From assembly GCA_965216815.1 (NCBI GenBank), contig OZ244202.1, positions 3,801,335-3,865,334 of the forward strand: DNA of 64,000 nt, in the 5' to 3' direction. How positions within the stretch are numbered: position 1 is the first letter of the stretch; every line of letters begins with the position of its first letter. Shown here piece by piece: positions 49,864-58,864 of the stretch. The stretch is from Acidimicrobiales bacterium. Its GTDB lineage: Bacteria; Actinomycetota; Acidimicrobiia; Acidimicrobiales; SHLQ01. The translations under genes and the position numbers were made by a program. Below the pieces are notes generated by a model that saw nothing but the letters and a program-made list of their open reading frames with translations, was not told the DNA's origin and made no database searches.

Positions 49864-51062
49864 ACCAGCGAACGGCGGCATGGCTGTTGTGCGGCGCGCT
49901 CGTCGCCGTGTGTCTACCCCTGTTCGCGATGGCGACCCCTGCCGAAGACGAAACGTTCGGTCTCGGCACCGGTTTCCCCGGTAACGACAACGGCTCGGAC
50001 GGTGCCCCCGAAGACGAGGCTGCGAGCGAAGGCGAATCAGGTGACGACGCGAGCGACGATCTCGGGCGTTTCACAATGGCCTTCGTCGGCGACGTGCTCG
50101 TCCACGAATCGGTGGCCGAGAACGCCAAGAACGCTGACGGTGACGGGTTCGACTTCGCGCCGATGTTCGCCGAGGTCGCTCCGGCGCTGCGCGACGCCGA
50201 TGTTGCGATCTGTCATCTCGAGACGCCGTTGTCTGCAACGAACGACGATCTGTCCTACTACCCGGCGTTCCGGGTGCCCAACCAGCTGGCCCCCGCTCTT
50301 GCCGAGGCGGGCTTCGACGGGTGCAGCTTCGCCTCCAACCACACGCTCGACGCCGGGCCCGACGGTGTGGCCTCGACCCTCGACGCGATGCGCGCAGCTG
50401 GGCTCGAGGTCGCGGGCGCGTCGGCAACCGCAACCGACAGCAGCGCCGCGACCTACGAGGTCGACGACTACACGGTGGGACAACTGTCGTACACGTACGG
50501 CCTCAACGCCCCCGAATCGCTGCCCGCGGGCCAGGAGTACCTGGTCGACATCGTCGACGCGCAGGCGATCGCGGGCGAGGCGGCAGCGCTGCGATCGGCC
50601 GGCGCCAATTTCGTCGTCGTGAGCCTTCAGTGGGGTGTCGAGTACCAGACCGAACCGACCTCCGATCAAAAGAACCTGGCTCTGCGCCTTCTGTCGTCAC
50701 CCGACATCGATCTGATCGTCGGACACCACGCCCACGTGGTCCAGCCGATCGAACCGATCGGCGACGAATTCGTCCTGTACGGGCTGGGCAACTTCTTGTC
50801 GAACCAATCGGAAACGACCTGCGATGTCTGCCCCGCGAGCGTCCAAGACGGCGCGATCGTGACCGTGACCGTCCAACCGACAGGTGACGGACCACTCGGG
50901 GTTGTCGCCGTAGAAGCGATCACAACCCACGTCGACCTCGACGATCACGCGATCATCCCGACCGGTTCCGAAGCCGCCATCGACCGGTTCGGCGAGGCCG
51001 AGGCGGCGGCCTCGGGAAACCGCACGCGCAGCGTTCTCGACGCGAACGGCACGCTCGGCTGA
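49860..51062 (+). CDS. exported CapA-family (metallophosphatase-fold) protein
   Basis: Signal peptide AAWLLCGALVAVCLPLFAMA. FVGDVLVHE, FASNHTLDAG, LQWGVEY and VGHHAHVVQP motifs. Its ATG overlaps the upstream TGA (ATGA). Confidence 0.8.
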   Translation: MNQRTAAWLLCGALVAVCLPLFAMATPAEDETFGLGTGFPGNDNGSDGAPEDEAASEGESGDDASDDLGRFTMAFVGDVLVHESVAENAKNADGDGFDFAPMFAEVAPALRDADVAICHLETPLSATNDDLSYYPAFRVPNQLAPALAEAGFDGCSFASNHTLDAGPDGVASTLDAMRAAGLEVAGASATATDSSAATYEVDDYTVGQLSYTYGLNAPESLPAGQEYLVDIVDAQAIAGEAAALRSAGANFVVVSLQWGVEYQTEPTSDQKNLALRLLSSPDIDLIVGHHAHVVQPIEPIGDEFVLYGLGNFLSNQSETTCDVCPASVQDGAIVTVTVQPTGDGPLGVVAVEAITTHVDLDDHAIIPTGSEAAIDRFGEAEAAASGNRTRSVLDANGTLG

Positions 51063-51152
51063 CCGACGTTGTTTGAAACCCAGTCGATCTCGCGCCATTC
51101 TGGCGATAGCCGGGTGGAGATGCCGCGCCGGTCTGACTCTCAGGGGAGCCGC

Positions 51153-53516
51153 ATGGCCACCATCGGTACATCGTCGCGTTCGAGATTGATAATCGCGGTC
51201 GTGTTCGCTGCTTTGCTTTCACTGCTCGCAACGAACCTCGAAGCGATGGCCGCAACCGGTCCGCCGCCCCCATCGAAGACCAATCCGCCGATCAAGTGGG
51301 GAGAGAACCCGAACAAGCTGACCAAGGCAACGCCCGCGGACTACGTGCCACTGGCTCCGGCACGCATCCTCGACACCCGCACCGACGGGGGACCGCTCGG
51401 CAAGCAGGGCGTCCGCACTGTGAAGGTGACCGGCAAGGGCGGCGTTCCCAACGGCGCAACCGCGGTCGTCATGAACGTCACGGCGACCAACACGACGGCT
51501 GCCAGCTTCCTCACCGTCTGGCCCGACAAGGAATCGCGGCCCAACGCCTCGAACCTCAACTACGTGGCGGGCCAGAGCGTGCCGAACCTCGTCAAGGTGC
51601 GACTGTCATCCGACGGCAGGGTCAACATCTACAACCACGAGGGGTCCGCCGACGTCATCTTCGACGTCGCCGGCTATTACACGACCGGTGGCGGGGCCAA
51701 CGCCTCGCAGTACTCTCCCTTGCCGCCCACACGCATCCTCGACACCCGCACCACGGGTGGACCGCTGGGCCCCAAGGGCAGCCGCACGATCAAGGTCGGG
51801 GGTAGAGGTGGGGTTCCCACCGGCGCCTCGGCGGTCGTGATGAACGTCACGGTCACACAACCCACCGCCCCGAGCTTCCTTACGGTCTCGCCGACCGGAT
51901 CGCCACGGCCCAACGCCTCGAACCTCAACTACATCCCAGGCCAGACGGTCCCCAACCAGGTGATCGTGACGCTCGGCAACGGAGGCCAGGTCGACATCTA
52001 CAACCTGGCGGGCACCGCCCACGTTCTGTTCGATGTCGCCGGGTACTACACGACCGGTGGCAACGGAGCGGGCTATGTAGCGGTGAACCCGGCACGCATC
52101 CTCGACACCCGCACCAGCGGCGGCCCCCTCGGCAAGCAGGGCACACGCAAGGTCCAGGTGAGCGGCAAGGGCGGCGTCCCGAACGGCGCATCGGCCGTGG
52201 TAATGAACGTCACCGCCACCAACACGACCGGCAACAGCTTCCTCACGGTCTCCCCGGCCGGTAAGCCTCGACCGAACGCATCGAACCTCAACTACATCCC
52301 GGGCCTGACCGTGCCGAACCTCGTGATCGTCACGCTCGGCGATGGCGGCGCTGTCAACATGTACAACCACGACGGCAACGCCGACGTGTTGTTCGACGTA
52401 GCCGGCTATTACACGGGCGGAAACGGAACGACTGCGGCCCTACCCGACGAGGCGGTTGCCGCATTCGCCGACGATCAAGAAGTCGACCTGAGTGCAACGG
52501 CCCCCGGCGCGATCGGCGGCCACGAGCTCGAAGGCACCGACCTCACCCTCGAAGAGATCCAGGCGTTGCCGAAGATCGAGACCTCGTGGGCCGACAACAC
52601 GCCGATCGGCGACGGCAACGCGAACTTCGCGGACAGCGGCAACGTCGACAGCGCAAGCCAGCGCGACCCACTGTGGGCCGGATACCTACCGAAGAACTTC
52701 AACAGGTCGGTCGGGCGGCTCTACATAGTCATCACCGACGGCAATAGCAACTTCGGTGCGACGTGTTCAGCAACCGTTGTGCGTCGCAACATCCTCATCA
52801 CCGCCGCCCACTGTTTGGACTTTACGGGTACGGGACTCAGAGTCAGGGACGTCAGGTTCGTACCAAACCAGAACGGCGAGCGCCCGAGCGGGCCTGAACA
52901 CGCGGCCGTTGATTGGGCCTACTGGACCGCCTACCTCGGCGCCCAGGGTTTCCAGTACGACTACGCCTTCGTCGAGATGGGCCCACGGAACGGTTCTTAC
53001 ATCGGCGACGAGGTTCCAACGATTCCGTTCGTTCACAGTCTGGCGTCGCCGCCGTGGATGTGGCAGATGGGCTACCCGGCTGAGGGCTGGTTCCAGGACG
53101 GAACCGGGCCGGACAACTCAGGGCAGGGCAAGTGTGGAGATTCACCGAACAACTTCTGCAAGCCCTACTCGAACCTCTCGAAGCCGGCCGACAACAAGTT
53201 CGTCACCCGCAACAGCGGTTCGAAGCTCATGCGCATGCCCGCCTACGTCGCCGGTGGAGCGAGCGGTGGCCCGATCTTCGGCTGGGTGAAGGTCGGCAAC
53301 AAGACGAAGTGGGCCGTCGTGTCAGTGGTGTCTCACGGAGCCGACCCGCGATTCAACTCTGAGGCACTACCGGGCGACTCGTTCGTCGACACGCCCGGCT
53401 GCAATGTCGACCCCAACGACATTCGGGCCTGTCTCTGGTACGGCACCGGCATTTACATGCCCCGCTTCGACTCCGATTCGCCGAAGCTCATGAACCAGGG
53501 GCTCAACGTCCTGTAA
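51153..53516 (+). CDS. secreted protein: three LDTR-type repeats fused to a trypsin-like (S1) serine protease domain
   Basis: GGGGAG precedes the ATG at 51153. Signal peptide LIIAVVFAALLSLLATNLEAMA. Three repeats with RILDTRT...RPNASNLNY...FDVAGYYT. C-terminus ILITAAHC (His), YDYAFVEM (Asp), GGASGGPIF (Ser). Confidence 0.85.
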   Translation: MATIGTSSRSRLIIAVVFAALLSLLATNLEAMAATGPPPPSKTNPPIKWGENPNKLTKATPADYVPLAPARILDTRTDGGPLGKQGVRTVKVTGKGGVPNGATAVVMNVTATNTTAASFLTVWPDKESRPNASNLNYVAGQSVPNLVKVRLSSDGRVNIYNHEGSADVIFDVAGYYTTGGGANASQYSPLPPTRILDTRTTGGPLGPKGSRTIKVGGRGGVPTGASAVVMNVTVTQPTAPSFLTVSPTGSPRPNASNLNYIPGQTVPNQVIVTLGNGGQVDIYNLAGTAHVLFDVAGYYTTGGNGAGYVAVNPARILDTRTSGGPLGKQGTRKVQVSGKGGVPNGASAVVMNVTATNTTGNSFLTVSPAGKPRPNASNLNYIPGLTVPNLVIVTLGDGGAVNMYNHDGNADVLFDVAGYYTGGNGTTAALPDEAVAAFADDQEVDLSATAPGAIGGHELEGTDLTLEEIQALPKIETSWADNTPIGDGNANFADSGNVDSASQRDPLWAGYLPKNFNRSVGRLYIVITDGNSNFGATCSATVVRRNILITAAHCLDFTGTGLRVRDVRFVPNQNGERPSGPEHAAVDWAYWTAYLGAQGFQYDYAFVEMGPRNGSYIGDEVPTIPFVHSLASPPWMWQMGYPAEGWFQDGTGPDNSGQGKCGDSPNNFCKPYSNLSKPADNKFVTRNSGSKLMRMPAYVAGGASGGPIFGWVKVGNKTKWAVVSVVSHGADPRFNSEALPGDSFVDTPGCNVDPNDIRACLWYGTGIYMPRFDSDSPKLMNQGLNVL
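51342..52434 (+). repeat. three tandem 363-369 bp intragenic repeats conserved at the DNA level
   Basis: gcacgcatcctcgacacccgcacc recurs near 51361, 51731 and 52091. The antisense ORFs 51341..51559, 51677..51928 and 52073..52291 all start MRF(E/D)A(L/F)GR, mirroring the periodicity. Confidence 0.8.
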
Positions 53517-53714
53517 CGGGTCGAGCAGGTTCAACACACGGTGGATCCCTCTCCGGCGGGGCCCATCGTCGGTTCTGGACTCATGGTTCAAGTCGAGGAA
53601 ATGTCGCAGTTGTCACGTCGGTTGCATTGTCGTTTGCCGACGACCGGTGGCATCCTGAGAAGCGCAGCAACGGGTGGAGTCCTCCGCTCGTCGGTTCCGT
53701 AGCCAGGGAGATCC

Positions 53715-54194
53715 ATGTCGTTCGAAGTCGGTGACCGAGTCGTGTATCCCCACCATGGCGCGGCCGTAGTCGAAAAGAAGGAAAAGCGCGAGGCGTTCGG
53801 CGAGGTGAACGAGTACCTCGTGCTCCGCATGGCGCACGGCGAGATGACCCTCTCTGTCCCGGTCGACAAGGCCGAGGAGGTCGGCATGCGCTGGCCGATC
53901 AGCACCGAGGACGTCGAAGATCTGTTCGAGGTCCTGCAACGACGCGACATCCGCGAACCCGCTAACTGGAGCCGACGGTTCAAGAACCACCAGGAGAAGC
54001 TCAAGTCCGGCGACGTCTACCAGGTGGCCGAGGTCGTACGTAACCTCGCGTTGCGAGACCGCGACAAGGGCCTGTCCGCCGGCGAGAAGACGCTGTTCAA
54101 CAAGGCTCGCAACGTCCTCGTGTCCGAGCTGAGCTTCGCCCTCGACGTTCCCGAAGAACAGGCGATGGACAAGGTCGAAGGCGCGTTGGTCTAA
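53715..54194 (+). CDS. carD: CarD-family transcriptional regulator
   Basis: MSFEVGDRVVYPHHGAAVVEKKEKREAFGEVNEYLVL...RRFKNHQEKLKSGD. AGGGAG RBS. Confidence 0.9.
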   Translation: MSFEVGDRVVYPHHGAAVVEKKEKREAFGEVNEYLVLRMAHGEMTLSVPVDKAEEVGMRWPISTEDVEDLFEVLQRRDIREPANWSRRFKNHQEKLKSGDVYQVAEVVRNLALRDRDKGLSAGEKTLFNKARNVLVSELSFALDVPEEQAMDKVEGALV

Positions 54195-54236
54195 GACTTG
54201 CTGCAAGGTTCGAGGGAGCCCTTCGGCCTCCTCGGA

Positions 54237-54255
54237 GTTTCGGCTTCGCCGAAAC
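54237..54255 (+). terminator. hairpin downstream of carD
   Basis: GTTTCGGC-ttc-GCCGAAAC is a perfect 8-bp stem. It is flanked by further imperfect hairpins (54212-54231 and CTGCGCA...TGCGCAG). Confidence 0.45.
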
Positions 54256-54356
54256 GTCCTGCGCAGGCGTTCTCATGCGCAGAGTATCCATCCGTCCGCA
54301 ATCGCCGGCGTAGCCGGTCGATTGCTCACACATCAGCCAACTACAATCGCCATTTG

Positions 54357-54821
54357 ATGCCTAAGCAACGGATCGTCGTGGGGGTCGAGGGGTCGGGCGG
54401 TGCCCGCGCTGCGCTTCGCTGGGCCATCACCGAGGCGGGCTATCGCGACGCTGTCATCGAAGTCGTCACCGCGTTCCTGCCGACCTATGTGCCGGCCGCT
54501 CCCGACTTCGGTTTCGTCCCACTCGACCCGATCGATCTCACCAAGGAGGTCGAGCGGCTTCAGGAGAACGTCATCGGGTCGGTGACCCACGATCTCGGCG
54601 ACCCCGGAGTGGAGATCCGACGATCGCTCATGAAAGGTCGACCGGCCGACATGCTCATCGAAGCCTCCTCAGAAGCCGAGATGCTCGTCGTAGGCGATCG
54701 GGGGCGAGGCGGATTTCGTGGACTACTGCTCGGATCGGTGTCAGCGCAGGTCTCGCACCACGCGAAGTGTCCGGTCGTGATCGTCCGCCAGGACCTCGAC
54801 GATCAGGCCGACGCCGACTGA
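54357..54821 (+). CDS. universal stress protein family
   Basis: RIVVGVEGSGGARAAL...MLVVGDRGRGGFRGLLLGSVSAQVSHHAKCPVVIV. Confidence 0.85.
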   Translation: MPKQRIVVGVEGSGGARAALRWAITEAGYRDAVIEVVTAFLPTYVPAAPDFGFVPLDPIDLTKEVERLQENVIGSVTHDLGDPGVEIRRSLMKGRPADMLIEASSEAEMLVVGDRGRGGFRGLLLGSVSAQVSHHAKCPVVIVRQDLDDQADAD

Positions 54822-55225
54822 GCCACCCCGGCGACAATCGAGTCGAGGCCACGATCGACTGCGCGTTCCACGACGGGAACCAGTCCGCGACCGAACAACC
54901 GGAACAGTCCTCTGCCGCTCGTAGTCACCGTGTAGGTGATGAGGGAACCGTCGTCCGCGGCGCCGGTGACTACGATCTCCTCTTCGATGTCGAGCTTGCG
55001 AGAACGGTGCGACATCGTCACCACCCCGTCGTTCAACCCAAACTCGGTCTCGAAACCGATCTCGGTTGCGAGCATCGACATCGTGCAGTCGAACCCATCG
55101 GCATCTACGTCATGCACCGAGCGGATCAGTTGATGCCAATCGGTCACGCTCTGGGGCTTGCCGACGAGACCCATCACTGCCTCGACCGGCGCATCGACCT
55201 TGCGTTCGCGTCTGTACTCGACCAT
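54803..55225 (-). CDS. SRPBCC-fold (polyketide cyclase/START-like) protein
   Basis: MVEYRRERKVDAPVEAVMGLVGKPQSVTDWHQLI is a typical SRPBCC N-terminus. The start (55225 vs 55279) is uncertain. Confidence 0.5.
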   Translation of the reverse strand: MVEYRRERKVDAPVEAVMGLVGKPQSVTDWHQLIRSVHDVDADGFDCTMSMLATEIGFETEFGLNDGVVTMSHRSRKLDIEEEIVVTGAADDGSLITYTVTTSGRGLFRLFGRGLVPVVERAVDRGLDSIVAGVAQSASA

Positions 55226-55352
55226 TGGGGTTCTCCTAGCGACGACCATCTGCGGACTTCCCACAACCATCGGCAACAACTCCGAGTTGGTTGAGCCTCA
55301 GAATCACGTCGTCGCTCGATGCTGAGCACCGGTCGGTGACGAACCGCATACG

Positions 55353-56660
55353 ATGCCTCCCATGACGAACATCGCACCTGCAAGCGGCCGCCTCGGAGTG
55401 CTCACTCCCGGCGTCGGGGCCGTCGCCTCTACCTTCATCGCAGGCGTCCTCGCCGCGCGCGAAGGTATATCGGAACCGATCGGCTCCGTCAGCCAGCTCG
55501 CCCACATCCGGCTCGGCTCACGCGAGGAAGATCGCAATCCGCTGATCCGCGACTTCGCACCTCTGGCGTCGCTCGACGACCTCGTCTTCGGTGGGTGGGA
55601 CCCGATCTCACCCAATGCGTTCGAAGCGGCTCGAACCGCTGGAGTCCTCGACGACAGAGACCTCGGAGCCATTTCCTCGGCACTCGAAGGTGTCGTGCCG
55701 ATGGAAGCTGTATTCGACCAGAAATGGGTTTCGCGGCTCGAGGGAACCCGGGTGAAGGACATCGACTCGAAATGGGAGCAGGCCGAAGCGCTGATCGCCG
55801 ACATCGAGCACTTCCGCAGCGAAAACGAATGCGACCGTCTCGTCATGGTGTGGTGCGGATCGACCGAGGCGTTCCAAGAACCGACTGAAGTCCATTCGGA
55901 CGTCGCCTCGTTCGAAGCGGGTCTGAAAGCCGACGACGACAACATCTCACCCAGCCAGATCTACGCCTACGCCGCACTCGTGTCCGGAGTCCCGTTCGCC
56001 AACGGGGCTCCGAACCTCAGCGTCGACCTGCCCTGCATGATCGAGCTCGCAGCTCGCAACGGTGTGCCCATAGCCGGCAAGGATTTCAAGACCGGCCAAA
56101 CCCTCATGAAGACGCTTCTCGCACCCGGCCTCAAGGCCAGAATGCTCGGCCTCCGCGGCTGGTACAGCACCAACATTCTCGGCAACCGCGACGGCGAGGT
56201 CCTCGACGCCCCCGAGAACTTCAAGACGAAGGAGGAGTCGAAGCTCGGTGTGCTCGGCACGATTCTCCAGCCAGACGTATACCCGGACCTGTACGGCAAC
56301 ATCGACCATGTCGTGCGCATCAACTACTACCCGCCGAGGGGCGACAACAAGGAGGGCTGGGACGCGGTCGACATCTTCGGGTGGCTCGGATACCCGATGC
56401 AGATCAAGATCGACTTCCTGTGCCGAGACTCCATCCTCGCGGCGCCGATCGTTCTCGACCTCGCGTTGTTCATGGACCTCGCCGCCCGGGCCGGTCAGTC
56501 CGGCGTACAGGAATGGCTCAGCTTCTACTTCAAGGCACCCGCGGCAGCCGCCGACGGACTCGACCCCGAACACGACCTGTTCATCCAGCAGACCAAGCTC
56601 AAGAACACGCTGCGGGAGTGGATGGACGAGGAACCCGTCACCCACTCCGAAGCTGGGTGA
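55353..56660 (+). CDS. ino1: inositol-3-phosphate synthase
   Basis: FANGAPNL, GKDFKTGQTLMKT.LAPGLKARMLGLRGWYSTNILGNRDGEVL and INYYPPRGDNKEGWD motifs. Confidence 0.9.
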   Translation: MPPMTNIAPASGRLGVLTPGVGAVASTFIAGVLAAREGISEPIGSVSQLAHIRLGSREEDRNPLIRDFAPLASLDDLVFGGWDPISPNAFEAARTAGVLDDRDLGAISSALEGVVPMEAVFDQKWVSRLEGTRVKDIDSKWEQAEALIADIEHFRSENECDRLVMVWCGSTEAFQEPTEVHSDVASFEAGLKADDDNISPSQIYAYAALVSGVPFANGAPNLSVDLPCMIELAARNGVPIAGKDFKTGQTLMKTLLAPGLKARMLGLRGWYSTNILGNRDGEVLDAPENFKTKEESKLGVLGTILQPDVYPDLYGNIDHVVRINYYPPRGDNKEGWDAVDIFGWLGYPMQIKIDFLCRDSILAAPIVLDLALFMDLAARAGQSGVQEWLSFYFKAPAAAADGLDPEHDLFIQQTKLKNTLREWMDEEPVTHSEAG

Positions 56661-58864
56661 GCTCCAGCGAAACAACTGGGTTGTGGCGCCGCTTCGCGAT
56701 GCTGGCCGGCCTCACGGCGATGGCCATATCCCAACCCCTGCTCTCGGTACTCTCGACCAGTCCGGCAACGTTCCTGCGCTACCGCTTCGAGGGCTCCGAC
56801 ATCGTGGCCTTCGCGCTCGTGATCACATTCGTCCCACCCCTGCTGCTCTGGGGACTGGGCGCGTTGGGACACGCGATCGACCGCCGGCTCGGCCTGTGGA
56901 TCCACACCGCCTCGGTTGCGGTGCTGTTCGCCGTCTTCGTCCAGCAGGTCCTCGTCCAGGCCGGGCTCGGATCCTTCCTGGCGGCCGCCCTGTTGTCGAC
57001 CGTCGCCGGCGGCATCCTCGCGTTTCTACTGGTTCGCGTCGACGCTGTTGCGACCTGGCTGGCGCTGACGGGTGTCCTGCCCCTTGTCGCGCTGGCGCTG
57101 TTCTTGTTCGCGTCACCGGTGTCCGACCTCGTCAACCCGCCGTCGGCCGCCCAACCCGTCGTCACAGAACTCGCCGAGGGCGACGACCCCCCGCCTTCGG
57201 TCGTGATGATCGTGCTCGACGAGCTTCCGACACAGTCGATAGTCGGCGCCGACGGCGAGATCGACGAGGTTCGTTTCCCCAACCTCGCCGGGTTCGCCGA
57301 AGACGCGACGTGGTATCGGCACTTCACAACCCTCTCCCCCTTCACCGAGTCGGCCGTGCCGTCGATGCTCACCGGAGTCGATCCCGACGAGGGCGACGAC
57401 CCGCTCTGGACCAACTATCCCGACAACCTTTTCCGACTTCTCGGCGCGAGCCACCACATGACCGTTGCCGAGGCCTTCACCCGGCTCTGCGGCATCGAGG
57501 GCTGCACGCTCACCCCGACGGCCCCGCCCCGAACTGACTCTGACCAAGCCCCATCTACCGACGCCCCGCCCGAACCCGATGCCCCCTCGACCGACCGCGC
57601 GGGGCTGTGGGCGACCGTGCGGACAATACTGCGTGACCGGCTCGACCCGACTCGCTCGACGGCGTCGATCCTCGACGACTTCGAAGAGGCGACCGAGTCG
57701 GTCGATGTGCCGTCGATGACGACCATCGCGCCCTCCGACACGATCGATCCCAGCTCGAGCGACGACCTTCTACTGCGGCGGTTCACGGCCAACCAGTTCT
57801 CGGCACAGCCCGAGCGATACGCCGACTTCCTCGAGGCATTCACAGCCTCCAACGATCCGACCCTCTATTTCCTACATCTGGTGCTTCCCCACCACCCGTG
57901 GCGAATCGATGCCGACGGCGTCGCCTACGTGGTTCCCGACGGTAGCTCGGCGCCGGTCGATCCGTTCATGAGGGGCGAGTGGCTGGCGAAGCTGAACCGC
58001 CAGCGACACCTGAACCAGGCGAGCTACACCGACGGTCTGCTGGGAGGGCTTCTCCATCAGGCCCAGAGCGAGGGGATCTACGACGACGCCATCATCGTCG
58101 TCGCTGCCGATCATGGTGTCGCGTTCGAGCCGGGCGCACACCTCCGAGAGTTCTCCGATTCGACCGTCGAGTCGATCGCGTACGCACCGCTGTTGATCAA
58201 GCTGCCGGGACAGCACGAAGGCGAGATCGACGACGCCAACGTGTCGTCGATCGACATCCTCCCGACCATCGCCCGTGCCGTAGGTGTCGAAGTGCCCTGG
58301 GACATCGACGGCAACGACATGGCCTCCAATGCGATCGACGCGCGCGGAACCACCAAGCGTTACTACGACTGGACCGATGCGCTCGACGCCGAGCTGCGAG
58401 GCGAAGTCGAATACGACGACGACGAGGTGTTCGACGAGCTTCTCGCAGACCTCTTCCCATCGATCGCCGCCGACGACGATCGACTGGTTGGGCTCTGGAA
58501 GTCGGTGCCCGACGGACGCCGGATCATAGGTTCGAGCATCCGCGACTATAGCCTCGATCTCGACACGCCGATCACAGCCGACGTGTCGCTGACGGAACGC
58601 CTCCGAAACCCGGGCGACGAGCAGCCGGCACCGGGGGTCATCGCGGGGTTCCTAGGCGACGGCCGGGAGCTCATCGGCGATGATGCGCTGGTGATCGTGG
58701 CCGTCGACGGATCGGTGATCTCACTCTCCGAGATCGAACAGCGCAACGGCCAGCCGGGATGGTTCGCTGCTCCTGTTCCGTCCGATCATCGGCCGCCGGT
58801 CGATTTCGGACTGTTCGTCTATGAGCCGACGACCGGATCGATCGCCCCCATGACCGTTTCCTAG
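56657..58864 (+). CDS. polytopic membrane protein with extracytoplasmic alkaline-phosphatase-superfamily (sulfatase/LtaS/EptA-like) domain, paralog A
   Basis: Its GTG overlaps the ino1 TGA (GTGA). About five N-terminal TM helices. VMIVLDELPTQS, SPFTESAVPSMLTG and VVAADHGVAF motifs. Confidence 0.8.
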   Translation: MSSSETTGLWRRFAMLAGLTAMAISQPLLSVLSTSPATFLRYRFEGSDIVAFALVITFVPPLLLWGLGALGHAIDRRLGLWIHTASVAVLFAVFVQQVLVQAGLGSFLAAALLSTVAGGILAFLLVRVDAVATWLALTGVLPLVALALFLFASPVSDLVNPPSAAQPVVTELAEGDDPPPSVVMIVLDELPTQSIVGADGEIDEVRFPNLAGFAEDATWYRHFTTLSPFTESAVPSMLTGVDPDEGDDPLWTNYPDNLFRLLGASHHMTVAEAFTRLCGIEGCTLTPTAPPRTDSDQAPSTDAPPEPDAPSTDRAGLWATVRTILRDRLDPTRSTASILDDFEEATESVDVPSMTTIAPSDTIDPSSSDDLLLRRFTANQFSAQPERYADFLEAFTASNDPTLYFLHLVLPHHPWRIDADGVAYVVPDGSSAPVDPFMRGEWLAKLNRQRHLNQASYTDGLLGGLLHQAQSEGIYDDAIIVVAADHGVAFEPGAHLREFSDSTVESIAYAPLLIKLPGQHEGEIDDANVSSIDILPTIARAVGVEVPWDIDGNDMASNAIDARGTTKRYYDWTDALDAELRGEVEYDDDEVFDELLADLFPSIAADDDRLVGLWKSVPDGRRIIGSSIRDYSLDLDTPITADVSLTERLRNPGDEQPAPGVIAGFLGDGRELIGDDALVIVAVDGSVISLSEIEQRNGQPGWFAAPVPSDHRPPVDFGLFVYEPTTGSIAPMTVS

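Noticed and set aside
53517-53714. A carD promoter call (TTGTCA / TTGCAT -35-like hexamers).
   Set aside because: No -10 hexamer lies at acceptable spacing from any candidate -35, so no promoter is reported.
56381-56656. The upstream extension of the AP-superfamily ORF overlapping the ino1 3' end.
   Set aside because: The extension is Arg/Pro-rich out-of-frame ino1 sequence. The paralog alignment places the start at the GTG at 56657.
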